DNA from: Nanobdellota archaeon
GTDB lineage: Archaea > Nanobdellota > Nanobdellia > Pacearchaeales > GW2011-AR1
Assembly: GCA_038045385.1 (NCBI GenBank)
Contig: JBBSYE010000006.1
Location: 2,668-66,667, forward strand
DNA length: 64,000 bases
Direction: 5' to 3'
The stretch's first letter is position 1. Each line of letters begins with the position of its first letter. The notes under the pieces are model-generated. The model saw only the letters and a program-made list of their open reading frames with translations. It had not been told where the DNA came from and made no database searches. This document shows, piece after piece, positions 18,132 through 27,897 of the stretch. The position numbers and the translations under genes were made by a program.

Positions 18132-19535
18132 ATGCAAAAAAGAGGACTGAATGCAATAATAACGACCGTTCTAATTTTGCTCATAGTAATCATAGCAATA
18201 ACTCTTCTTTGGACAATTCTAAGCCCTTCAATTTCAAATGCCTCAGAAGAAGTCGGAGCTACTGCAAGTTGCTTCTCTTTAGTTTTAGAGCCAAAGAGTT
18301 GCCGATATGATGCAGATTCCGAGTTAGTAAACGTCCGCGTAGAGCGTCGATCTGGAACATCAACAATCGAAGGATTAAATTTCATATTTTCAGATAATAC
18401 AAGAAAATCCGTAAATAGTTCAAACACAGCATCTCTAAATGAATTAGAATCAAAAACTTTTACCTTTGATTCATCAGAATTAGGAGGTATCACTTTTCCA
18501 CCAGCCTGGTTTACAATATCTGGAATAATTGATCCTAAAGTCCGCTCATGTGATGAAGTCCGTCCCCCGATAGCTTGTCTCCAGGCAATTTGTGGAGACG
18601 GCATAGTTGACTCTTTTCTAGGCGAAACTTGCGACGAAACAGAATGTTGCGACTCATGTAATAGAATAGCAACTTGCGACGGAATAGATAACAATGAAAA
18701 TAATCTAACTGACGAAGAGGGCGAAACTTTTCCCGCTAATTTCAGAGTGAGTATCTCCGAACCAATTGAAGGAAGACAATATGACACATCTACATCAACA
18801 TATAATAATTTGGCTCTAAGATTCTCGGTATTAAATATTTCAAATCCTCAACAAACCGCAATTGATTTGAAATCCTGTTGGTATAGATTGGACGGACAAA
18901 CAAATATTTTAGTACTTGGGTGTATGACTTTAGGAGGCGGAGCATCACAAGTTTATAGTTTAAATTTAACTCCCCTCAGCCCAGGAAGTCATATCGTCAC
19001 TGTTTTTGCAAATGATAGCTTAAATAGAGTTTCAAGTAGAACTGTTAGCTTCACAGTTGCTCAAGTTACATTAGCCCTTGCAAGTCCAGCAACTTATCCC
19101 CCAGAAATAATGCGCTCAACTGGCGTTGAAATTAGATTTTCTACAACTTTGCAAAATTTGAGTAGATGTTACTATACCTTAAATGGCGGACAAACAAACG
19201 TAACTATCCCTGCATGCCAACAAGGAGCAACATTTAGTGTTAGCGAGGGCTGGCACAATTTTATACTTTATATAAATAATACTTTATTTGAAGTTAGTAA
19301 TTCAGAAAGTTTCTTAGCAACGCCTTGTAGGGTTGATGCAAATGGCGACGGAGTACATAGCTTCTCAGATTTAAGCTCAGATTTACTAGGTAACTGGGGT
19401 TGTACAGGCACTCCTGGTGGAGAATGTGAAGCAATGATTAATAATTCAAATGTTCTCGCGGGAGATTTAAATAGAGATGGAGAAGTTGAAAATCTAGATG
19501 TAGAGATATATCGAAGATATGCTCCTTCATGCTAA
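18132..19535 (+). CDS. archaeal pilin/archaellin-like surface protein with a Cys-rich repeat, Ig-like domains and a C-terminal dockerin-like EF-hand pair
   Basis: Class III signal KRG-LNAIITTVLILLIV; CGDGIVD...ETCD; CDGIDNNENNLTDE; DANGDG...D and GDLNRDGEV..LD. Confidence 0.8.
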   Translation: MQKRGLNAIITTVLILLIVIIAITLLWTILSPSISNASEEVGATASCFSLVLEPKSCRYDADSELVNVRVERRSGTSTIEGLNFIFSDNTRKSVNSSNTASLNELESKTFTFDSSELGGITFPPAWFTISGIIDPKVRSCDEVRPPIACLQAICGDGIVDSFLGETCDETECCDSCNRIATCDGIDNNENNLTDEEGETFPANFRVSISEPIEGRQYDTSTSTYNNLALRFSVLNISNPQQTAIDLKSCWYRLDGQTNILVLGCMTLGGGASQVYSLNLTPLSPGSHIVTVFANDSLNRVSSRTVSFTVAQVTLALASPATYPPEIMRSTGVEIRFSTTLQNLSRCYYTLNGGQTNVTIPACQQGATFSVSEGWHNFILYINNTLFEVSNSESFLATPCRVDANGDGVHSFSDLSSDLLGNWGCTGTPGGECEAMINNSNVLAGDLNRDGEVENLDVEIYRRYAPSC

Positions 19536-19617
19536 TCTAGAAATAGAAAATCCTCAATAACATTTAAATACCCAAAACCCCAACGCTTGAAACCTATGAT
19601 GGTAACACGGAGGCCCA

Positions 19618-19953
19618 ATGGACTTCTATACACTGATTGATAAAGCAAAAAAAACCGGAAAAGTAGACAAAGGTAGCAACGAAGTTACAAAAGCAGCAGA
19701 GCGTGGAACTGCTAAACTAGTTGTTTATGCCGCAGATGTTAGCCCGAAAGAAATAGTTGCACATCTTTCAGCCATATGCGCAGAGAAAAATATTCCTTGT
19801 CATGAAGTTGATTCAAAACAAAAATTAGGTGCAGCAATAGGTCTTCCAGTCCCAACTTCTGCTGTAGCAATTATAGAAGCAGGCGACGCTGCAGATGAAC
19901 TTGCGCAGTTAAAGTCAGGAGCGAAACATGGCAAAGCAGCAAAGTCAGCGTGA
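19618..19953 (+). CDS. rpl7ae: 50S ribosomal protein L7Ae
   Basis: [30 protein letters not shown]. Confidence 0.93.
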   Translation: MDFYTLIDKAKKTGKVDKGSNEVTKAAERGTAKLVVYAADVSPKEIVAHLSAICAEKNIPCHEVDSKQKLGAAIGLPVPTSAVAIIEAGDAADELAQLKSGAKHGKAAKSA

Positions 19954-20221
19954 TTCTAAATCTCAAGAAAATAGACCCCAAAGCAAATTTTCTAATGAAG
20001 GTCCAGTTCCTGCAATAGTTGAAGAAATTCTTGGAAGAACAGGCGCAAGAGGCGAAGTAACACAAGTCAAAGTAAAAGTTCTTGAAGGAAAAAATAGAGA
20101 AAGAACATTAAGAAGAAATGTCAAAGGCCCAGTGAGAATAAATGACTTATTAATTTTAAGAGAAACTGAAATTGAAGCACGTAAGATTCGTCGTAACATA
20201 ACAAAAGGAGCACAAAGCTAA
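19928..20221 (+). CDS. rps28e: 30S ribosomal protein S28e with an N-terminal extension
   Basis: [14 protein letters not shown]...[24 protein letters not shown]. Confidence 0.93.
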   Translation: MAKQQSQRDSKSQENRPQSKFSNEGPVPAIVEEILGRTGARGEVTQVKVKVLEGKNRERTLRRNVKGPVRINDLLILRETEIEARKIRRNITKGAQS

Positions 20222-20568
20222 TGACACAAATAGGAACCGCAGAATCTCGTGCTCCAATCCAAAGAGATATTTCTTCTCTAATAGATTTATTCAGAGAAGT
20301 TAGCGGGAAATATCTAAGATTTACTGATGTGACCAATAATAGAGTGGGCAACAATATGAACTTTTTAATTATTAAAGACGAAGTTGTGGGCGATAGGCAT
20401 TTTCTAGAATTTTACGCTGAAGATATTTCTGGAGAAGACTATCAAGCACAAGCACAAATGAGAGATATAGACCGTCGCCACTCAGGTTATAACACAAAAG
20501 TTTATCATTCAGAAGAAAGAGGATTTACTTTTGTAGAAGTTTTTAAAGGACAAGGAGTTAACATCTAA
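20221..20568 (+). CDS. hypothetical protein inserted between rps28e and rpl24e
   Basis: TAATG-coupled at both ends. Confidence 0.7.
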   Translation: MTQIGTAESRAPIQRDISSLIDLFREVSGKYLRFTDVTNNRVGNNMNFLIIKDEVVGDRHFLEFYAEDISGEDYQAQAQMRDIDRRHSGYNTKVYHSEERGFTFVEVFKGQGVNI

Positions 20569-20801
20569 TGGCCAAATGCATTTTCTGCGGTTGCGAACAA
20601 GCAGATTTTAAAGGAACATTTTTATTGAAGAATGATGGAACTATCGCCTATTACTGCTCCGATAAATGCAGAAAGAATCATCTTAAGCTAGGCAGAGATA
20701 AAACGAGATTAAAATGGACTGAAGCTTATAGAATTGCAAAAACAAAACGCACTAACGCAGGTTCATTAAACAAAGCTCTAAAGCCAAGAAGAAAGAAATA
20801 A
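20568..20801 (+). CDS. rpl24e: 50S ribosomal protein L24e
   Basis: CIFCG...YYCSDKCRKN...KWT. Confidence 0.93.
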   Translation: MAKCIFCGCEQADFKGTFLLKNDGTIAYYCSDKCRKNHLKLGRDKTRLKWTEAYRIAKTKRTNAGSLNKALKPRRKK

Positions 20802-20876
20802 TTCTATTTTATCGTCGGTAAATCAAGTTTTTTGATGTAAAGGTTTTTAAAGTCAATCCCCTTTTAGCATTAGAAT

Positions 20877-22763
20877 ATGGTTGAAAAAGAATACAAAGCT
20901 GAAAATATCAAGGTTCTTGAAGGGCTTGAAGGCGTTAGAATGCGTCCTGCGATGTATATCGGAAGCACAGGCAAAGCAGGTTTACATCATCTAGTCTATG
21001 AGGTAGTAGACAACTCCGTCGATGAAGCTATGGGGGGTCATTGCGATTTGATCGTTGTCAGTTTAAATAAAGATGGTAGCGTAACAGTAACAGATAACGG
21101 TCGAGGAATTCCAGTAGAGATGCACCCAGTCTACAAAGTTCCAGCACTAGAAGTTGTAGTCACAAAATTACACGCCGGCGGTAAATTTGACAAGGGAAGC
21201 TATGCAATTTCTGGAGGTTTACATGGCGTAGGTATCAGCGTCGTTGCAGCACTTTCAAAATTAATGAAAGTCGTCGTAAAAAAAGGCGGTCAGAAATATA
21301 TGCAAGAATACGAAATCGGAAAGCCAATTTACAAGATGAAAACTCTCGGAGAGATAGATAAAAAGGAAACCGGAACAGAAGTTACATTCTTCCCTGATGA
21401 TGAGATATTTTCAACAACAAAATTTGATTTTTCAGTTTTAGAAACTCGCTTTCGTGAGATGGCCTTTCTAAATAAAGGTTTAAAAATAATTTTAAAAGAT
21501 GTGGTTTCAGAAAAGCAAGAGACATTCCATTACGAAGGCGGAATAATTGAATTCGTAAAATGGGTAAATGAAACAAAAGAGCCACTTCATAAACCAATTT
21601 ATTTTATTAAAGAGGAAAAACCATTCATCATAGAATGCGCAGTTCAATACAATAATGGATATCAAGAAAATATCTTAAGTTTCGTTAACACAATCAATAC
21701 AATAGAGGGCGGAACTCATGTAGCTGGCTTTAGAACGGCACTAACAAAAGCAATTAATGACTATGCAAAAAAGAACAAACTAACTAAAGACGACAGCCTA
21801 ACGGGAGATGACGTTCGCGAGGGTTTAACAGTTATTCTTTCGGCTAAAATCCCAGAGCCTCAATTTGAAGGTCAGACAAAAACAAAGCTTGGAAATACGG
21901 ATGTTAAAGGAGTGGTTGAACGCGTTGTAGGCTCAGCACTAACTGAATTTTTCGAAGAAAATCCGCCCATAGCTCGTCGAGTAGTAGCAAAAGCAATAGA
22001 AGCACAAAAAGCAAGAGAAGCCGCAAAGAAAGCCAAAGATTTAGTCAGAAGAAAAAACGCTTTCAGCGTCGGAGGTTTACCCGGAAAACTAGCAGACTGT
22101 TCAAGAAAAAGTTCAGAAGATACAGAGCTTTACATAGTTGAAGGCGATTCGGCCGGAGGTTCGGCAAAACAAGCACGTAACAAAGAATTCCAAGCAATAC
22201 TTCCGCTTAAAGGTAAAATTTTAAACGTTGAAAAAGCAAACGTAGCTAAAGTTTTCTCCAGCGAAGAAATTGCAAATCTCATAACTGCAATAGGCACAGG
22301 AGTAGGCGAGCAGTTTACATTGGAAAAATTACGTTACAGTAAAATAATCATAATGACTGATGCAGATGTAGATGGCGCGCACATCCGCACTCTTCTTTTA
22401 ACCTTCTTCTATCGTTTTATGAAACCAATAATTGAAAACGGCAATTTATACATAGCAGTCTCTCCTCTCTTCAAAGTCCGCAAGCGTAAAGATTACTATG
22501 TTTATTCCGAAGAAGAGCTAAAGAAACTCATCGCAACAATGGGTGACAATACAACCATTCAGCGTTTCAAAGGTCTAGGAGAAATGAACCCAGAACAATT
22601 ATGGGAAACTACTATGGATCCAAAGAATCGCCTTCTAAACAAAGTTCTAGTAGAAGATGCAGTCAAAGCAGACCACGTCTTCTCTATTTTAATGGGGTCA
22701 GATGTAGAACCAAGAAAGAATTTTATTATTGCAAAAGCAGCGGAGGCTAATGTTGATATCTAA
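20877..22763 (+). CDS. gyrB: DNA gyrase subunit B
   Basis: VRMRPAMYIG, GGLHGVG, EGDSAGG, PLKGKILN, DADVDG, QRFKGLGEM. Confidence 0.95.
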   Translation: MVEKEYKAENIKVLEGLEGVRMRPAMYIGSTGKAGLHHLVYEVVDNSVDEAMGGHCDLIVVSLNKDGSVTVTDNGRGIPVEMHPVYKVPALEVVVTKLHAGGKFDKGSYAISGGLHGVGISVVAALSKLMKVVVKKGGQKYMQEYEIGKPIYKMKTLGEIDKKETGTEVTFFPDDEIFSTTKFDFSVLETRFREMAFLNKGLKIILKDVVSEKQETFHYEGGIIEFVKWVNETKEPLHKPIYFIKEEKPFIIECAVQYNNGYQENILSFVNTINTIEGGTHVAGFRTALTKAINDYAKKNKLTKDDSLTGDDVREGLTVILSAKIPEPQFEGQTKTKLGNTDVKGVVERVVGSALTEFFEENPPIARRVVAKAIEAQKAREAAKKAKDLVRRKNAFSVGGLPGKLADCSRKSSEDTELYIVEGDSAGGSAKQARNKEFQAILPLKGKILNVEKANVAKVFSSEEIANLITAIGTGVGEQFTLEKLRYSKIIIMTDADVDGAHIRTLLLTFFYRFMKPIIENGNLYIAVSPLFKVRKRKDYYVYSEEELKKLIATMGDNTTIQRFKGLGEMNPEQLWETTMDPKNRLLNKVLVEDAVKADHVFSILMGSDVEPRKNFIIAKAAEANVDI

Positions 22764-22963
22764 TGGTTAAAGAAAAGACAATACACGAAGCAAGAGAGAA
22801 AAAAACCAGTAGTCAAATGACTAATCGTATTCAGAGATCTGACAGAAACCCTTACGATTTAACTAACGCCCCCAGAGGCATGAACCCGATTGACCCATGC
22901 GATAATCTCTATGATTTAACTCATGTAGCTGAGCAAAGGAGAAGGCAATATAATGGCAGATAA
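22763..22963 (+). CDS. 66-aa hypothetical protein between gyrB and gyrA
   Basis: TAATG-coupled to gyrB, overlaps the gyrA start; internal NxYDLT repeat. Confidence 0.6.
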   Translation: MVKEKTIHEAREKKTSSQMTNRIQRSDRNPYDLTNAPRGMNPIDPCDNLYDLTHVAEQRRRQYNGR

Positions 22964-25457
22964 AGAAGACAAAATAGACGAACAGCTTGAAGCTATGGAA
23001 AAAGAGCGCCGTGCGAAAACTCAAATCGGAGATGAGAAAGGCGTTGCAGGCGCAGAAATAGTTGAAGAAATGGAGCAATCATTTATTGACTATGCAATGT
23101 CAGTTATAGTTGATAGAGCCTTGCCCGCAGTTGAAGACGGCTTAAAGCCCGTTCATCGTCGCATATTATGGACAATGCATTCTCTCGGACTAGACCCAAG
23201 TAAACCTACAGTAAAGTCCGCTCGTATCGTTGGAGACACAATGGGTAAGTTTCATCCTCATGGAAATCTCGCTATCTATGATTCTCTAGTTCGCATGGCT
23301 CAAGATTTCTCTTTACGTTATCCGTTAGTTCACGGTCAAGGAAATTTCGGCAGTCGCGATGGGGACAACGCCGCAGCAGATCGTTATACGGAAGCAAAAT
23401 TAAGCAAAATATCCGGCGAGTTATTAGCAGACATTGACAAAGATACAGTAATCATGAATCCAAACTATGACAATTCTCTAAAAGAACCGGCAACACTTCC
23501 AGGACTTCTTCCTAACTTATTAATTAACGGAGCTACGGGTATTGCAGTCGGTATGGCTACAAACATGCCACCCCATAATTTAACTGAAGTTTGCGATGCA
23601 ATTATCGCTTATATAAACAAACCAGAAATTACAATAGACTCATTAATGGAAATAGTAACAGGCCCAGACTTTCCGACAGGTGGCTCAGCAAGCGGTGAAG
23701 GCATTAAAGAAATGTATCGCGTAGGTAAAGGACGTATAGTAATGCGCGGTAAAAGCACAACAGAAGAGCACAAAGGTAGAACATCAATAATAATCACAGA
23801 AATACCTTATATGGTAAATAAAGCCGACCTTGTCAAAGAAATAGCAAGACTAGCCACAGAAAAAAAATTACCAGACGTTTCTGATTTAAGGGATGAATCA
23901 TCAAAAGGAAAAGTTAGAATAGTTATAGAGCTAAAGAAAGATACAACACCAAAATTCACACTAAATAAAATTTACACATTAACAAGACTACAAGATACCT
24001 TCGACGCAAACATGCTTGCTCTTGTTGAAGGCAAGCCCCGCATACTAAATCTCAAGGAAATAATAGAGCAATATGTCCGCTATCGTAATCAAGTAGTTCG
24101 TAACAGAAGCAAATTTGATTTAAAGAAAGCTGAAGATAGACTTGAACTAGTTTTAGGTTTACTAATTGCATTAAAGAAAATAGATGAAATCGTTGAATTC
24201 ATTAAGAAATCTGAAAATGCAACCCTGGCTCACGAAGGGCTAATGAAAAGATTTGGACTAACAACTAGACAAGCAAAAGCAGTTCTTGAAATTCGCTTAC
24301 AACAGCTTACAAAACTTGAAGACTCCAAGTTAAAAGAAGAAGAAAAACAGTTGAAAGAAGCAATTGGAGAATTAAAGAAAATATTATCAAGCAATCAAGA
24401 AATACTTTCAGTCATTAAGCGCGAAGTGATTGAGTTAAAAAAGAAACATGGGGATGAAAGGCGTACAGATATTCTTAAGCGTATTGCCGAGCTATCAGAA
24501 AAAGACTTGATTGAAAAGAAAGATGTAGTCGTCATGTTAACAGAAGGGGGTTACATAAAAAGAGTTGATATTGCAACTTATCGCGAGCAACGCCGTGGCG
24601 GGGCCGGAGTCACAGGCGCAGATCTAAAAGAAGAAGATTTCGTCCGCACAATGGTTCCATGTTCAACTCACGATTATCTTTTATTATTCACAACTCGCGG
24701 TCGCGTCTATTGGCTAAAAGCAAATGACGTTCCATCCGCAGATCGCCAAGGAAGAGGAAAGGCAATAATCAATCTTCTAGATTTACGAGAAGAAAAAATA
24801 GCCCAAGTAATGCCTCTAAAAGATTTTGAAAATGGTTATTTAATGTTTGCAACCAAATTAGGAATGATTAAGAAATTGCCTGTGAAAGATTTAGCAAAGC
24901 CACGCAATACAGGAGTTAGAATAATGAACTTACCAGCAGACGGCACAGATTCAATAATTAATATAGTCAGAGTTACAGACAAACAAGAAGTCTTAATGTG
25001 CACAAGCAAAGGACAAGCAATAAGATTCAACACAGACGAAGTCCGTCCTATGGGAAGAGCTAGCTATGGAGTGAAAGGCGCAGAGCTAAGCAAAAGTGAT
25101 GAAGTCGTATCCATGGAAGACTTACCTCTAGACGGCAAAACAACAATCTTAACAATCTCACAAAAAGGATTAGGTAAACGTTCAGATCTTGAAGAATATA
25201 GAAAAACATCAAGAGGCGCAAAAGGCGTTATTAATCTGGCTGTGAGCGATAAGACTGGCCCAGTAGTCTCCTCTTTATCAGTAGACAATTCAGATTCTAT
25301 AATAATAACAACAACAAAAGGAATGATAGTCCGTGTTAATATGAAAGACATGAGAGTAATGGGCAGAGCGACGCAAGGCGTTCACGTCGTTCGTCTAAAA
25401 GAAGGCGATAAAGTTGCAGATGTAGTTAAAGTCCCAATTGCAGAAAAAGTTGAGTAA
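22953..25457 (+). CDS. gyrA: DNA gyrase subunit A
   Basis: [16 protein letters not shown] catalytic motif; GyrA-box QRRGGAG; beta-pinwheel repeats. Confidence 0.95.
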   Translation: MADKEDKIDEQLEAMEKERRAKTQIGDEKGVAGAEIVEEMEQSFIDYAMSVIVDRALPAVEDGLKPVHRRILWTMHSLGLDPSKPTVKSARIVGDTMGKFHPHGNLAIYDSLVRMAQDFSLRYPLVHGQGNFGSRDGDNAAADRYTEAKLSKISGELLADIDKDTVIMNPNYDNSLKEPATLPGLLPNLLINGATGIAVGMATNMPPHNLTEVCDAIIAYINKPEITIDSLMEIVTGPDFPTGGSASGEGIKEMYRVGKGRIVMRGKSTTEEHKGRTSIIITEIPYMVNKADLVKEIARLATEKKLPDVSDLRDESSKGKVRIVIELKKDTTPKFTLNKIYTLTRLQDTFDANMLALVEGKPRILNLKEIIEQYVRYRNQVVRNRSKFDLKKAEDRLELVLGLLIALKKIDEIVEFIKKSENATLAHEGLMKRFGLTTRQAKAVLEIRLQQLTKLEDSKLKEEEKQLKEAIGELKKILSSNQEILSVIKREVIELKKKHGDERRTDILKRIAELSEKDLIEKKDVVVMLTEGGYIKRVDIATYREQRRGGAGVTGADLKEEDFVRTMVPCSTHDYLLLFTTRGRVYWLKANDVPSADRQGRGKAIINLLDLREEKIAQVMPLKDFENGYLMFATKLGMIKKLPVKDLAKPRNTGVRIMNLPADGTDSIINIVRVTDKQEVLMCTSKGQAIRFNTDEVRPMGRASYGVKGAELSKSDEVVSMEDLPLDGKTTILTISQKGLGKRSDLEEYRKTSRGAKGVINLAVSDKTGPVVSSLSVDNSDSIIITTTKGMIVRVNMKDMRVMGRATQGVHVVRLKEGDKVADVVKVPIAEKVE

Positions 25458-25491
25458 AAAGGTTTTTAAATAATAAAAAATATAAATCAAT

Positions 25492-25875
25492 ATGAAAGGC
25501 AAGTTAGGCTACACAATAACAAGAATAATATTAGGGTTAGCATTTCTATTTTTCGGCGTAACAAAATTCTTGACCTTACCAGCTCCAGAGCTACCGGGCC
25601 CAGCAGCAGATTTCCTAGCAGCTATGGCCTCAACTGGTTATATGATTCCACTGATTGGAATCGCCGAAGTCGTCATTGGTTTATTACTTCTAGTAAATAT
25701 AGCAGTTCCATTCTCAATGATTCTATTATCTGCAATAATGATTAATGTAATCCTATTCAACATATTCCTAGCCCCAAGTCTGTTCGTAATGATAATGCTT
25801 CTAGTCCTAGTAGCCTTACAAGTCTACATAATGTATTGCACTTGGAATGCATACAAGCCATTATTCAGAAGATAA
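25492..25875 (+). CDS. DoxX-family membrane protein
   Basis: RIILGLAFLFFG..KFL; four TMs. Confidence 0.75.
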   Translation: MKGKLGYTITRIILGLAFLFFGVTKFLTLPAPELPGPAADFLAAMASTGYMIPLIGIAEVVIGLLLLVNIAVPFSMILLSAIMINVILFNIFLAPSLFVMIMLLVLVALQVYIMYCTWNAYKPLFRR

Positions 25876-25918
25876 ATAATATCTATATCTTTTTAAAACT
25901 CCATAGTTAAGCAAAATT

Positions 25919-26410
25919 ATGGAAATTCCTCAAACTCTAATTACTTTACTGACGGGACTTTTAGGAGTCCTATTTGGCTCTTCATTTACTTCTTATTTTA
26001 ACCTTCGTTCAGCAAGAAAAGACCTTCTGTTCAAAAAGAAACTCGAGCATTTTGAACGTCTCTCAAAAGATTTAGAAGAGAATTTCAGACTTCACAAAAG
26101 CGCAATTCTCTCTTTATCAACAATGAAAAAAAGCCAAGTTAGCGAAACACTTGAAAATTTAAAAACTTCTAGGAAGCATTTCCTAATGTCCTCAAGTCCC
26201 TTATATCTAAATATTGAAAGAATGTCATGGGTAATAACAAACTTCGTTGAGGTAGAAAAAAGCATTTTCAGCTTTCTAGAACAACTAGCTAAATCAAAAA
26301 CGCCTTCTTCAAAAGAAAGAATTCTATTCAATCTTCAAGAAGCAATAGAAAAATTAAAGTTCGCCCAACAATCTGCAATTCTGGAAATGCGCAGAGAATT
26401 GTATCAGTAA
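25919..26410 (+). CDS. hypothetical protein with an N-terminal TM
   Basis: 163-aa ORF, helical. Confidence 0.65.
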   Translation: MEIPQTLITLLTGLLGVLFGSSFTSYFNLRSARKDLLFKKKLEHFERLSKDLEENFRLHKSAILSLSTMKKSQVSETLENLKTSRKHFLMSSSPLYLNIERMSWVITNFVEVEKSIFSFLEQLAKSKTPSSKERILFNLQEAIEKLKFAQQSAILEMRRELYQ

Positions 26411-26432
26411 TATACACAACCCCTCAAAAGCT

Positions 26433-27095
26433 CTACTTCTTACCTTTAACTTGTTTGTTGAATAACTTCCAGAGCTTATCGATAATAGATTTAGGAACAG
26501 AGATAATTTTTCGATTAATCAGCTTCTCAAGATTTTCTCCCAAGCCCATGATAGCATGTTCATTTCCTAGAAGAACTTGTTCATTAGCCTCTTCTAATAT
26601 AACATCCCAATTCAACTTATTATCGTTTATGATAGCAATTATATCTTCATTATCTTTAGTTCTTCCTGTAACACTTTTCATAATTAAGATATCATTTGTA
26701 GTAGCTACTTTAATAACTAAATTACTTCCGAATTCGTGAGTTTGTGTTGCTCTTTTCTTCATCCCATCAGAAAAGACAGAGCTTACTATTTTATTAAGAA
26801 ATAAATCAAATATGAAATCGCCAGACTCAAGACGTAACATTGCAGGAGTATTCTTCTTTAACCCATATGTTTCTATAACTCGTTTATCATCTTTTTTAAA
26901 CTTCATTCCTTCTAATGTCTCAATGAATAAATTCCTGTCGCTTTCCTTATCAAAAACTAAATCAATATCAAATGTTTCGTTCTTTAGACCTAACAACATC
27001 ATTGCAGTTCCACCTATAGAATAAACAATGAGTTTTTTAGGAAGGGCACGACCTATTTCGTTAAAAAGAGCTTCCTGAGTGTTTATATTTATCAT
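26433..27095 (-). CDS. nucleotidyltransferase (AbiEii/DUF6036-like), putative type IV TA toxin
   Basis: IGGTAM...TFDIDL; ILIMKSVTGRTKDNEDI. Confidence 0.75.
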   Translation of the reverse strand: MININTQEALFNEIGRALPKKLIVYSIGGTAMMLLGLKNETFDIDLVFDKESDRNLFIETLEGMKFKKDDKRVIETYGLKKNTPAMLRLESGDFIFDLFLNKIVSSVFSDGMKKRATQTHEFGSNLVIKVATTNDILIMKSVTGRTKDNEDIIAIINDNKLNWDVILEEANEQVLLGNEHAIMGLGENLEKLINRKIISVPKSIIDKLWKLFNKQVKGKK

Positions 27096-27742
27096 TTAAG
27101 TATCGTATACTCCCGTAAATCTGCACGATTTAATGGGATATAAACTTTCAACTTTTTCTCTATATCTTTAAAATCATCCGAACTAAATCCATTTACAATA
27201 AAAAGATGCTTGTCACCTTTCTTAGCAGTAGTTAATCCTCCAAATCTCTTTGGCATTTTTCTTATTTTTCTTATGAAAATACGAGCTACTTCGTACAAAG
27301 CAGATATTTGCCTTGTAAGATTCTCTTTCTTTGCTAATCGATACAAGTAAGACCAGTCCTCTATTTTTCTAAAAAGAAATAGAGAAGAGATAACATATCT
27401 AATTTTTCCCTTCTTTAGTGCATAAATCAGCAAGTCTTCAGCTTTGATACTCTTTCCATGAACAAAATAATTATCTTCATCATTTATCTTAAATGCAGAA
27501 TTAGGCATATTATCATTAAAGGCCTCTAAATAACTGATTCCATCCTGCTTATTTAACGGAGTTATAGAGTAAATTCTCTTTTTATTGGGAAGATATATTG
27601 TCCTGATATATCCTAATTTTCTTAATCTATGTAAGAGATAAATTGCTTTAGCTCTGTCTATCTTAAGCTTATCTTGAACGTCATCAATTGTTTGAGTGCC
27701 TTCTATTGCGTTAATTATTGGCTTATATTTTTCACTTATCAT
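27092..27742 (-). CDS. winged-HTH protein, putative AbiEi-like antitoxin/regulator
   Basis: N-terminal HTH (KAIYLLHRLRKLGYI); ATGA-type overlap with the nucleotidyltransferase. Confidence 0.65.
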   Translation of the reverse strand: MISEKYKPIINAIEGTQTIDDVQDKLKIDRAKAIYLLHRLRKLGYIRTIYLPNKKRIYSITPLNKQDGISYLEAFNDNMPNSAFKINDEDNYFVHGKSIKAEDLLIYALKKGKIRYVISSLFLFRKIEDWSYLYRLAKKENLTRQISALYEVARIFIRKIRKMPKRFGGLTTAKKGDKHLFIVNGFSSDDFKDIEKKLKVYIPLNRADLREYTILK

Positions 27743-27897
27743 ATCAAATCTATATAACCATAATATATAAACCTTTCTACTATTTGGATAACTATTAAAT
27801 GTATGACCAATAATATATAAATAAAGTCAGATATTTGCCCCTTTATTGACAATTATGATACTAAATAGAGCATTCTCAATTAAATAGTCAAAGTCAA

